A DNA stretch of 57,656 nt, filler included, from Sphacelaria rigidula (taxonomy: Eukaryota), in NCBI GenBank assembly GCA_964200075.2. It is 4 parts of 4 records of this genome, joined end to end, with 100 filler letters (N's around TTAATTAATTAA, not from the genome) between each part and the next. Parts side by side here need not be neighbours in the genome. Positions count along the whole stretch, not along the records: positions 1 to 14,342 come from CAXNAA020002304.1; 3 more parts are not named here. One strand, given 5' to 3'. Made by a program: the position numbers and the translations under genes. The notes under the pieces are model-generated. The model saw nothing but the letters and a program-made list of their open reading frames with translations. It was not told where the DNA came from and ran no database searches. Below, piece by piece: positions 1 through 11,713 of this stretch (position 1 is its first letter; the number at the start of each line of letters is the position of its first letter).

Positions 1-117
1 TCTAGCACGTCCCGTTCCTCCTTGTATAGCTCACATTCTGCCACTGTATGGCTTCTGCTCTCAACTCCTTCCCCACAAAGACAGTTCTGTCTATCTACTT
101 CCTCCTCCACACGACGA
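1..117 (-). mobile_element. Probable non-LTR retrotransposon (LINE) 3' fragment
   Basis: Translates as EEEVDRQNCLCGEGVESRSHTVAECELYKEERDVL, a CxC..E...H...C..Y...R pattern like LINE ORF2 C-terminal zinc-binding regions. Confidence 0.5.
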
Positions 118-812
118 CTGCTGTATCTCTTTTTTCTTTCTGGCAGGGGGGGGGGGGGGCGCTGCCTCAAGGTTAAAAAATTCTTCATCTCAATAAGAGT
201 GTGGAAGAGAACGTAACATGTGTGCCACACGTGGGGTGTTCGTCATCATCACCATTATCATCATTACAGTATCAAAATATCATTTTCTCTTGTCTCGACG
301 ACACGGGGTCCTAGAACAGTCAGCATGAATCTCGGTTTCTTTTGTCTCCGAAAACCGGGGACCTTAGAACAGTCGCCATGAGCAGGCAAATGACGAACAA
401 CCTTCCGACCGGCTTCGTTTTTTTTCGCGAGAAAAATCCGTTTTTTTCAGAGTGTCAAAACGTAGGGTGCGGGCTAATCTCTGCATAATTTGACTATAGC
501 GCGATGAACAGCCACCCTTATTTCGGCGGTTTGATTTCTGCACATTGCAACTGTGCTGAGCTACCAACCCAGCCGTCGTTACAAGCAAAATCTACCCTAC
601 AGTTGGTGAAAATAAACGGAAGCATTTGCTGAATGGAAATTCCACGAAAGGGTTGGAAAAAAAAAAGGATCCTCTACAACCAAAAGTCCGACGAGAGCCT
701 ATTGAGAACCAAACGCGATTTGCGCCTTCGAGAGCTACAATGTCCTTGAAATAGCTTCAAGGTGATTCATGCAGGGGTTGAATTTTGGCACTAGGGCTAG
801 CCAGGCACCTAC

Positions 813-3800
813 CTCCACAGTCTCCGTTCGCATGAGGCAGCATAGTCCCCCGTTCCTCCGTTAATTCTTTCAGCTGGAGCTCCGTTTCACTAAGTTTTTG
901 CAGCGACATCTGTAACTCATCCGTCAGTTCGTTAACCTGAATAACGTGCAGTCAACAGAAAAAGAAAAATAACAGAAAAATGACGAAACAATTGACGAAA
1001 AAAAATCGTGACACGATGGCTTAGACCTCAGAGAAGTAGGGACGCTTGGTGTTTACCATCAAGATACAGCGATTGGATCATAACACTCGGAATAACACGC
1101 ACTGTAAATCCAACACGTGGATACTGCCTCTACATAGACCCCACGCACGCGCTAGTTCCTGGACAGGAACGGGAACGCACGGGAGGTAAAAGAGGTAAAA
1201 ATGCCTACTCGTACTTTTATAGCTGTTGCTGAGTGAGAGTGCAGTCAATGTCCACGCAAAACAATAACAAAAAAATAACAAAAAAAGCAGAGAGAAGAAA
1301 AAATCGAACACACAGCACGAGCAAGACAACGCACGCCGAAGTGAGGAACACACGATGATGTGAATACTCGTCCGCACTTTGTTTCTCGGCCTCCGGCTCG
1401 GCCGGCCAGCCGAAACGATCAAACACAACGCGGAGGTCAGAGGCCAGTTTAGGGACAGCGACGATCAACAGGGTTTTCGTGAGATTGAGACTAGAGGATA
1501 CGATTGAGAGTAAAAAGCGGTCAAATAGTGAATGAATCGTTTCAGTTCCGAAATGCTGCCGAACGACGCCCGATATGCGTTCTGTAGAAGCCTGCCACCG
1601 AGGCCCTTGATATCCCTGAGTAAGATATCGACGTGTAGCTGTAAGCACACGCTAGTGATGGAGGCGAAGAGAACCACACACGGGATGAAAAAATGGCTAA
1701 GTGAAAGCGAATGATCAAAGCCATTTTCAATCAGCGCTCTACTCTCAATTTCACGAATACGTTGTTTATCGCCGTGCATTGCCGTCTTATTTTCGGAACC
1801 AATATATTTCATGTACCCCGCGGTCATACATCCCGGCCTAGTAAGGGTGCAAGGCTAGAGCCACGCGACTTCTATCGTTATGACTGGCGATCTTTTGGTT
1901 TTGATTCTGGCTTCATATTCTTGCTTGGCTTCGCGTGTTGAGTAGAAACGATGAGCTTCATCTCCTCTAGTCCGACTCGTCGCTGCGACACCGGATCTTG
2001 AGGGGTTATTATCGTTTTTTAATTTAATTGTGCCGGGTGTGTCTTGGTCTTTCTGGGTCAGTTTTTTTTTGTTTTCTTTGATTTTCTAATACCTCATTTT
2101 CGGTACTTAGCCTGTGACCACGGAAAGGAAGGCGTCCGCATCGGAAGCCCAGTACGGAAGTAGCAAGGTACTGCCCAGATGTCGGAACGGTTATTCATGT
2201 GAAGACAACAACAATAACAACAACAACAACAACAACAACCCTACGAGTAAGTACTAGGGTGCTCGACACCCGGTGCAGTTCATGGCCGCAGAGCCCAACC
2301 CCACAAAAGCATCTGTGAGCGAGTGGTTCAAACAGTTTCTCTGGTGACACCCAACACACAGCTACTGTATCTTGGCCAGAGAGTCGATCACAGTACCACC
2401 ACCACCGCTCACATCGCTGAGCCCATGCGCCTCAGTTTCTCTCTTCAACCGCTTTCTCGTCTCTTCAGGAATGCCATAGCGCGGGTGGGGTGAAAGAGAA
2501 TACTACCGCCACACACGACAAAAAAATCTTGTCAACGAAATCCTTCTCAAAACCTCTTGACACACGCCAGAGCCGTGGATCAACATTGAATCGATCGCTC
2601 TGCACGACCAATGCTGGAGGGAAAGTGCCGTCATCTGACACAGCCCAATACAAGAAGCCGTTTTTATTTTTATCTTCATTTTATTTTTTCTGCGACCAAA
2701 AATTATTAACTTCGTGATCTCTCAGTATTTGTTTCCCCCGATGGAAATCGGCATTTACAGACGTGGAGGTCGGCGGAAATTCAAACCCGAAAGCGTTTGT
2801 CGGCCAGACGATAGTTTTAACCCTTTGCTGCATCGACCAGCGAGATTTCAGCAATTTTAGAGAAACAAGATAATGTTGAACAAATAAATGCGTTGAAAGG
2901 CTTTGGAGTACGACCAAGATACGATGTAACGTATTCTCGAGAGGTCAATCGTACCAAGCACTGTCTGTACAGCCGGAGCCCACTCCGGCCATCAGCCAAA
3001 CACAACACACAACCTACCTGTACATACATCAACACCCTCATGTCGTCACATGCAACAAGCACTAAAGTACATACCCCGGTAGAGTACTGCTTCGAGCCGT
3101 TGCTGCCACCTTGTGCTCAATTTTTTATACTTGAAAGGCTGGCTTGACACCTTTGTCCAACAGCAGCAGTAGCTCAATACGGTGATGTCTCTGACACGCT
3201 GTGCTGCCTATACTCCCGTGTGAGTCAATCAATTTTTTTGCTACTGTGTTGTCCTATCTGTTGTGGGCGCCGGTCTACACTTTTCGGTATATGTGGGCGA
3301 ACCAGCCGGGGTCACACAGGAGGAAGGTCAACACAGGAGTTTTTTTTTTTTCAGTACCCCACCTTCTTCCTGCGGTGTTTACCTTGATATATATCTTTAT
3401 CGCTAGAGGGGTTCAGCAGTCCCTTTCCCTCGTCGACCGTTCAAGTCGAATTTTGTGTACCCACGACATCGCTCTCCACTGTTAGGCATTGTGTGAGGGA
3501 AAATCCCAGATCGCTCCGAGAATTAAATCCACGACCCAACCGTGAGAAGGTTTACCAACTGAGCCACGGGGCACACAGTCCAGTCATAGTCCAGTCACGG
3601 CACAGTCGGTAACATGCTTGCACCGTCGACAAAAAAGGCAGCTATCTGCTGTCCCGACACAACGTGCTGAACTCCCGTCGCAGCTCTTGAAACAGACAGA
3701 GGGCAGATCGCCGTCAAACCAGGCATGGCGTTGGCAGCTGGGCAAGGGAGACCCTGAAGGTGTCAGTTTTTGGACCAATACAACACGGGGGCGCAGCGGT

Positions 3801-6800
3801 AGTTGCATCACACACACGCACACTGTACCTGATTATACGACTGACTCAACAGCCCGAGCAGCATAGACCTCTCCTGATCGTCCATCTCCGAGGCCGAATT
3901 CCTAAACTCAGGAGCACCATTCTCCTGCTCCTCATCCTCGTGAACCTCCCTGCTCTTCACGCCCCCCGCCCTTCCGTCACCGTTCTGCTCCGGGGACGCC
4001 GGCTCCGCCGTTCGCTTACCCGCCCCGTTGACCAATGACGAACGGGACCCGCCACCGTTCTGCTGCAAGGACGCCTCCGCCGCTCGCCTACTCAACCCCT
4101 TGATCCATGACGCACCGGATTCGCTAACGTTCTTCTCCGGGGTCGCCGGGTTCGCCGCTCGGTTCGCCGCCCCCCTGATCCATGACGAATCGGATTTCCC
4201 CGGGCGTTGCTGCTGAGGAGGTGTGGCCCCGGAAACTCGTTCGCTACGCCCGCCGTTCGCATGTCGCGCCGCCGAGCCGTTACGTATGCTGGTGCCGGGT
4301 CGCCTGCCCGAGCTCCGTCGTGTCTTTGGCGAGTAGACATCGAAGGCTGAACCGCTCGCGGAGTCGTTCGACTGCAGGGACGGCGGGTCGCTGGAACTCG
4401 AGGCGCTGATAGGGGGAGGGCTGCGGGGGTCGGAAGTTGTGGCACTGTGTTGCGAAGCTGAGGCTGATGTGGCTGATGACTTCGATCGCGAGCTCGTGCC
4501 GTTCGCGTGCGCCCGGCGTGATGGCGCAGTAGTAGAAGTGCCTCTGTTCGATCCGCCGTGGGTGTTGATCGAATGGGAGGGGGGGTGGGGGGGTCCGAAT
4601 GTCTCACACGTTTGACATGCTTATTGAGACAATGGATGATGACGTTATATGTGTGCTCGACATAGGAAGCACTACTAAAATAAAAAAAGGTGACGTCTGG
4701 TTCTTGCAGTAGGGTGTGAATCATATAAAAAATCGACCTGATATGACATTGAAATTTCGAACCCAGAATATCAGATGCTGACTGATATATTGATAAACTC
4801 TGATACATGAGCCGATATGATATATCGACATGACGATGACTTCATGAGCATGCCTGGAATATGGTATGGGTCATACAGGCGCGCACCGCTGTGGGCAATA
4901 TTTGGATGTGCATGCAGGAAGGCAAGTCGTGACGAGCGCGGTACAGACGCGCAGGGATGTCGCACAACACAACAACATTTAAGCGGAACCAAACACGGTG
5001 CCAAAAGTAAAACGACGGTGAAAACTGGGATAAGAAAAATGCACCCATTCAGCTACAAGTTTTCAGTTAGTTCTACTGTCGACTTCGTACTAGGGCTGGG
5101 TAACCTCTTTATAATGAATTGTAGAGTCGTACACATATGCACCCCCTGCGAATTACCTTGTACTACTTGACGGGCCCCATATCCGGAAATGGTTGCACCA
5201 CCGCCTATACTAACTCCAAGTAATCAACTGTAATTAACGTGAGATTAATACACGTGCGGTGCAGTACAGAAACTACTATTGCCATATCCAGCGATCAGGG
5301 GGTACCCCCCCCTCCCTCCCCTCCTTCGACCCCAAAATGAGGTTTTTGCGGCCTGGGGGGCGGTCGTGCAGCCATTTCCCGATATGGGCCCCCCTGTACT
5401 ACTCCACCTTCTTGAATGATACCATCAACGATAACTTAATATATCCATGTACAGTAGTGGGCGATCTAACTATTCATTTTGAGGGATCTTGTGATTTGTT
5501 CGAAATTGACGATTTTCTTGGGCTCTTTTCGCTTGCCACCGCTTACCACATTTGAGATCTGAACATATTTGTATCCGCTCCACATTTTAAGAAAAAAAAA
5601 ATCATCTGTACTCAATATTGAGTGACTTACGGGCTGATCGGTCATCGAGGGTCCTGCGACGTTTCAGTCCAGATTCTTACTCTTCAATATTTTCAGCCGA
5701 TCGAGCCTGTCCCGATCATATTTCTAAAAAAATGTTTTTTTTTTTTTTTTAATTGCCTACTCATTGCACTAGAGCCGAAAAACCATGTTTCACGGTCAAT
5801 AACACCCTCCTGATGAACGGGGTATTTACTAGTTTCGCCCGATAACACCAACTAGCACTGACTTGGGCACTGTGTCTCGAGGATGATCTGTTTTTTGTAC
5901 CAATATCCACCGACGCTAGCAATTTCGAGTTCTATCGAAGAGTAGTACGCGAGGGAAACCCCAAAACCTCGCTGAACAGTTACACCGCTCACTACTGTAA
6001 TGTTTTTCTTCTGTCAACCTTCAGGCCGCTCCTTTTAGACAGCGAGGGTAGGTCATCTATTGAATCGGCATCAATTTCATTTGAAAAAATTATGCATAAT
6101 CCAGATGGATTACGACTACCCTCGCGGTCCGAGGGTTAAACGGTACTTATGCGTACGTCTGAATCATTTTGCTCGATTCCCTAGCTATAATACGCCAGAA
6201 GGTCGATCTGTACCTACTGTAAAAATACGGTACAGCGTCGATCCATGATACTAATCTCGGTTTTTATTTTTTTTCTTGATAATATACCTGTATTTCAATT
6301 CGGCTCTCACATCGCCCAGACAATAATCAAGTGGCTGCAAGTCGGGAATATTGTTCCGAAATAAGGGATGCCGGTCACCCCGGTGGCCAAGTTGGTAACC
6401 TCGAAACCGTCTGACGGTTGGGTCGTGGGTTCGAATCTCGGTGCAGTCACACGAACTGGGATTTTTTTCTCACGCAATGCCCAACAGTGGAGAGCGACCA
6501 CGCTGTGGGTAAACAATATCCTACGTCACGATCAACGAGAAAAAGGAACTGCTGAACCCTTCTCGCGATAAAAAATAAAGGCAAGCACCGCAAGAAGAAG
6601 GTGGAATACTAAAACAAAATAAATAAATAAAAAGCTCCTGTGTTGGCCTTCCTCCTGTGTGACCCCGGCTGATGCGCCCACATATACCGATAGGTGTAGA
6701 CTGGCGTCCAGAATTGATGGGATGACAACACACAACACAACACACAACGAGGTCTGCCGCACAAGAGGATCCTTTGAACTCCCGAGAAACGCCTACATAA

Positions 6801-9800
6801 AAAAGGTCGTTGCCATCGCAGTCTAGCTAAAAGACATACAGTGGTAACTGGGTCAGTGGCACGTGCAGCCATGCACGAACGAAGTTGCCGGAAGACACGA
6901 AAGAATGCTGTGCCTATATGAAGGGAAAAAAAGCGGACACACCGCTTCCTGACTAAACTCCTGCCAAGCACTCATATTCATTATATCCGTTTGACCGCGG
7001 GGTTAGTTCATCCTGGGCCATGTACAACTCTTTCAAGTGAAACCGATTCCGATTGAGCATATCACCCATCGTATGGAGGCAGTCAAAGGGCGCGGGGTCA
7101 TCTGTTGAACCGGCATCGTTTTCATTTTTAGTAAAGTATGCACATGATCCAAATGAACTACCCTCGCGGTCTAAGGGTTGACTTACCGTCCATCTACACG
7201 CGTACAAGAACCAGCCATCCCCCATAAAAGCTCGCGGGGACTCCGTCAGCCCACAGAAGTTCGAAACATATATCATGGGCGCCCCAGGGGCTGACTGCTG
7301 GTACGACTGTTCGAGTATTCTTACGAGGTGTGCAGCTAGTGCAGGATGCCCTACTTTTCATCGGATTCCGGGGAAACTACGGTTGCAAGACTTTCACCAT
7401 GGTTGGAGGGCACCGACAGGCGAGGATTCTACGGCTCAACCGTTTTACCGCGAGGGTAGACTATCTAGCTAAATGAATTTCTCAAATAAAACGGATGTCG
7501 ATTCAACAAATGACCTGCGCTCGCTGTCAAAGGGTTGGTTTTGATTTGTCTCGACACGGAAGAACTCAGCGGCTCGTGGGAATGTCGGGAGGACTGGCCG
7601 GTCGAGAGTTCATTTTCGGTTCCATAGGTGATGTGATACTTCACGATCGTTCCGTGGCGTAGTGAAACGTCCAGCATATTTCCGTTGAATAAACCGATGC
7701 CCCCCCCCGAAATCCCCCACAGCCTACTATATTGCGCGACTTGCGCTCGTGCGTATTGTAGGTGCTTTACTTTTCCTTCGGACGGAATTTTGGCGACAAA
7801 ACCCAAGAAAGTTGGGAGTGCGGTATTTCAAGATATCTTTTCGTCTCCAACCCCCACTGAGAAAAAGAAGTAAGAAGCAACCAAGGCCTTTTGCGAGTAT
7901 TACAGTTCATAACATTTTCACGCTTCGGACGGATCATCGCCGGTTCGAATCACCAAATCTAAGATTTTTCAGGCTTGATTGCTCGAGAGAGAGAGAAAAG
8001 TTGACCGCTGGTCAAAAACGTCTCCACGCAATTTTTGGGCCATTCTATGTGCCCGGGCTGCGCGTTCCTGGGTTGCAACGCCGAAAACAAAGCCTGAGGA
8101 TGGATTCGTACGGCACGAATCAGTTACACTGAAATCAAGTAGTCTCCAGACGAATCCATGATCCGTCCGACCCATCAACAGTTCCAAAATTGACCTTTTT
8201 TTTGTCATTTTTCATTTTTGAATTTTCCCTCGGCGCGGCTGCCTTTTCCCAACGTCATCTCGGCGCACGTCCATGTCTTCATCACGGCCGCATTTTCTCG
8301 TAACGGTTCAGATGACGCGAGGCTATCAGCCCATCAATCAACCAACACACCAATCGGGTGATTTCATCAAACAAGGATGCATTGAGCAGGGTAAATACCC
8401 GTGTATTTCGTGTCCCGAAGTGTGTGTTTCGATGGTCCCATCTCAAACCTCTACCCAAATATTGGGTAGAGTAATGTACGGTCGTCATACTTTACCAAAT
8501 ATCTGAGTGCCGTTGAGTATGATCTCAATACACGCTGCCCGACGTTTGGGTCTTAAGAGTAAGATTCTTCAAAATATCCAAATGTGAAAGATATCCCACC
8601 CAAAACATCCTTGCAATCAACATATCTACATAAATATCGAAGCGAAAAAACAGTCATCCAGAGTGTACCCCAAGCAGGAGCGAACAAGTCAAACGAGTGT
8701 CGCGCACCTAGCAGACGCCTGCTGCTCCTCTTCTATTGCCTCCTGCAGGGCTTTGCTAGCAGCCTCAAGCGCAACGAGATCTACCGTTTCCTTCACCACT
8801 CCGAGAAAGGCCTGCTCCAAACCAAGTGGAAGGGGGAGGGGTGACATGAACGATCATCAGGGTATCGCCATACTCCACCGTATGCACGGACACAGCCATT
8901 GCCTAGCATGATGGGTTGCCGATATACATATCACCACGGCAACCTGTGGCGTATTACCGTGTCGATAGATTATTTGGCGTGGGGCCGGTCGAAACACATT
9001 ATCCCAGTCTGTGTCGTGCATGTGTTGTCATCGCATCTATTCTGGACGCCAGTTTACACCTTTCGGTATATGTGGGCGCACCAGCCCGGGTCACACAGAA
9101 CAATGTTTTCGTGAGATTGAGAGTAGAGGATATGAGTATGTGTTGTGTGTGTTGTCGTCCCATCTATTTTGGACGCCAGTTCACACCTTTCGGTATATGT
9201 GGGCGCACCAGCCGGGGTCACATAAGGGTAAGGTCAACACAGGGGCTTATTTTTTGTTTTTGTTTTTGACACCCCACCTTCCTTCTGCGGTGCTTGCCTT
9301 TATTTTTATCGCGAGGGGGGCTCAGCAGTCCCTTTCCCTCGTCGATCGTCAAGTCGCATTTTGTGTACCCACGACATAGTCGCTCTCCACTGTCGGGCAT
9401 GGTGCGAGAAAAAATCCTACATCGCTCCGAGAATTGAACCCACGACCCAACGATCAGAAGGTTCCGAGGTTACCAACTGAGCCACCGGATATGATTGAGA
9501 GTCAAAATCGGTCGATAACTGAATGAGTAGTTTCAGCTCCGAAATGCCCCTCCGCGAGGCCCGATATTCTCCCTGTTCTAGCTTGCCACCGAAGCCCTTG
9601 ATATTCCTGAGTAGGATATCGACGTGTAACTGTAAGCACACGCCAGTGCTACAGGCAGAGAAATGCACACAGGGAATGAAAAAATGGCCAACTTGAAGCA
9701 AATCATGAAACCCACTCTCAATCAACGCTCTACTCTTCATTTCACGAAACACATCATCACAAGAGGAAGACCAACACAATAGAGATTTTTTTCTTCCTTG

Positions 9801-11713
9801 TTCTGATACTTCACCCCCCCGTCTGCGATGCTTGCCTTTTCTTTTCTTTCACGAAAAGCATACTCTCGAAGAGCCAACCCATCCCTCCCCGGGGATCTCC
9901 CTGTCAATTTGGTGGCGAGGATCGAAGAATCTCCCTCTCACTCCGTCGGCTCTGGGCAAGCCACGTATTTTTGCTGTATGCTGGTTCCACTACCAACACC
10001 AACAAGTGCCTCGGGTGACTTCTCGGAGAGCTTGGAAAATGAACATGTCGAGGAGAGGGCGGATTGGCCATTTGATTGTTATCACTATGATGGGGAGGGT
10101 ATTTTATTTTATTTTTCACTTGAGCCAATTATTTTAATTGACTGATACTATACACTTGAAGACAAGTCTACCTCCATTGTCAGCAAGAAGCTAGCAAATC
10201 GGTTGAATGATAGCTTTCGAATTGTCCATTCGCACCTTTACTCGTAATCTTAGTTTTTACCCTCTCAAACCTCGATCGAGAAATTCAGGTTCGGCGACTC
10301 CGGCGATCACGGGCCATTATTGGCCTCATCTGCCAGCTTGTCGGCAAAATCTGTTGTTGTCTTTCCTTCGAAAACACCCCACACCGCTGCCTTTGTGAAT
10401 CCGATGGGCTGCTCCCTAAAAACAAAACAAGGCTTTACACATTACACATTACACGTTACACGTTACACGCTCACGTTTCACACAAAAGTTAAGCGAGGCT
10501 AATATTACGGTGGGGGACCACGGGACCACGCGGGGAGCCCTGTTTCAAGTCAAGTCAAATCAGGGTTGCCCACATGGTCCCCCATTGTAATATTAGCCTC
10601 GCTTAACTTTTGTGTGAAACGTGAGCGTGTAACGTGTAACGTGTAATGTGTAAAGCCTTGTTTTGTTTTTAGGGAGCAGCCCATCGGATTCACAAAGGCA
10701 GCGGTGTGGGGTGTTTTCGAAGGAAAGACAACAACAGATTTTGCCGACAAGCTGGCATTTGACTTGAAACGCGATATGTGTAACGTGTAACGTCTTGAAA
10801 AAATGGAGTCCCAGCTGACCAAAGATGAGGGATGAGTTCAATTTTTGTGTGAACCTGCCCCACTTACGGGAATTTGAGGGCGACTTTCGGCAGGCGACAT
10901 GTCCTGAACACGTTGAAAGAAGACAACACAGACGCAAACCACTGCAAATTACGGCGTTCGTACACCCAATTTACCGTGACCTTCAAAAACAGGGTCCTGA
11001 CCCGATAGAAAAAAAGCGATTATTTCACTTGATGTGCTTATTTTGGGCGACTTGGGGGGAATTTAGGGACGGAAGATGGCAAGCGATATTGGTCCAAACT
11101 TACCGAAAATGGAAAGATTCGCGAAGAATCATCGCGATCTTTTGTCTTCAATATGTCTATGCACTACTCCCGTCCGACTTGGATGCCACGGCTATCAAAA
11201 GCCGGGTAATGAAGCGCCCATTTTGTAGTCACCGCCACCTGGCTACGCCGTAGAAAACGACACGTGAGCTTCCGGTGCCTACCGTCCCTACTACTACTAC
11301 TACTACTACTACTCATGTGTATGTGCGAAATGTATGAACACACCTGCATGTCCAAACGCAATCACATCAACCTGTGCGTCTGCCTGCCTACACGATTGAC
11401 GCAAAAACACGCGTTCACACTCATATACTCTGCTTTTACCGCCTCCGGCGATCTGTCTTGTACAGTAGAGTAGAGTAGAGTATCTGCCCCCTCCCCCGTC
11501 CTCCGTTCATTTTGCCCCAACGGCTCTCACCTTCTTCCCGACATCCCGTAACGTTGCAGCCTTCGCCATCCCCGAGCTCATGCCCGCTCGCACGCGCCCC
11601 TCAATGTCCTCACCAGGATGAGAAAGCTCGGGCTCCGAAAAGTCCTCGCGCATGTCCTTGCGCCTGGCACCAGCAGCGCCAGCACGCAACCGTTCGTAGT
11701 CCTCCGCAGAGAA
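813..11713 (-). CDS. Internal exons of an uncharacterised Ser-rich/coiled-coil protein (ends not resolved)
   Basis: Phase-compatible exons 11713-11531 (FSAEDYERLR...GKK), 8811-8708 (AFLGVVKETVDL...EEQQASA), 4543-3829 (Ser-rich, ends LLSQSYNQ), 936-813 (VNELTDELQMSLQKLSETELQLKEL). All have AG/GT borders. Confidence 0.7.
1473..1760. mobile_element. MITE family 1 (about 290 bp)
   Basis: TIRs GTTTTCGTGAGATTGAGACTAGAG / CTCTACTCTCAATTTCACGAATAC; copies at 9105 and 30036. Confidence 0.8.
2206..2239. repeat. (CAA)n microsatellite
   Basis: Direct observation. Confidence 0.9.
3246..3571 (-). mobile_element. tRNA-derived SINE copy (diverged)
   Basis: Reverse complement of the 6371-6748 body and head. 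Confidence 0.8.
5452..5997. mobile_element. Tc1/mariner (pogo-like) MITE, about 546 bp
   Basis: TIRs CAGTAGTGGGCGATCTAACT / AGTTACACCGCTCACTACTG flanked by TA; close copy at 56827-57374. Confidence 0.8.
6371..6748 (+). mobile_element. tRNA-derived SINE, full-length copy
   Basis: Head with A box (TGGCCAAGTTGG) and B box (GGTTCGAATCTC), about 300-bp body, (CACAA)-type tail; several homologous copies in the window. Confidence 0.85.
9105..9750. mobile_element. MITE family 1, interrupted by a SINE
   Basis: Left TIR at 9105, body resumes at 9487, right TIR ends at 9750. Confidence 0.8.
9136..9486 (-). mobile_element. tRNA-derived SINE inserted in a MITE
   Basis: Same family; flanked by direct repeat GGATATGA at 9128-9135 and 9487-9494. 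Confidence 0.88.
10331..10757. repeat. Near-perfect inverted repeat (arms about 185-190 bp, spacer about 54 bp)
   Basis: 10331-10520 is the reverse complement of 10575-10757 except for one TTACAC(A/G) unit and a few mismatches. Confidence 0.95.

Larger units (their letters stand above)
9010..9850 (-). mobile_element. Older SINE copy split by a MITE
   Basis: SINE body at 9010-9100 resumes in diverged form after 9750 (CACAAGAGGAAGACCAACAC...CTGCGATGCTTGCCTTT). Confidence 0.6.

Noticed and set aside
6371-6445. Functional tRNA genes at SINE heads (also 30417 and 51068)
   Set aside because: A/B boxes are present but there is no complete cloverleaf; the 6371 head is attached to a dispersed repeat body.
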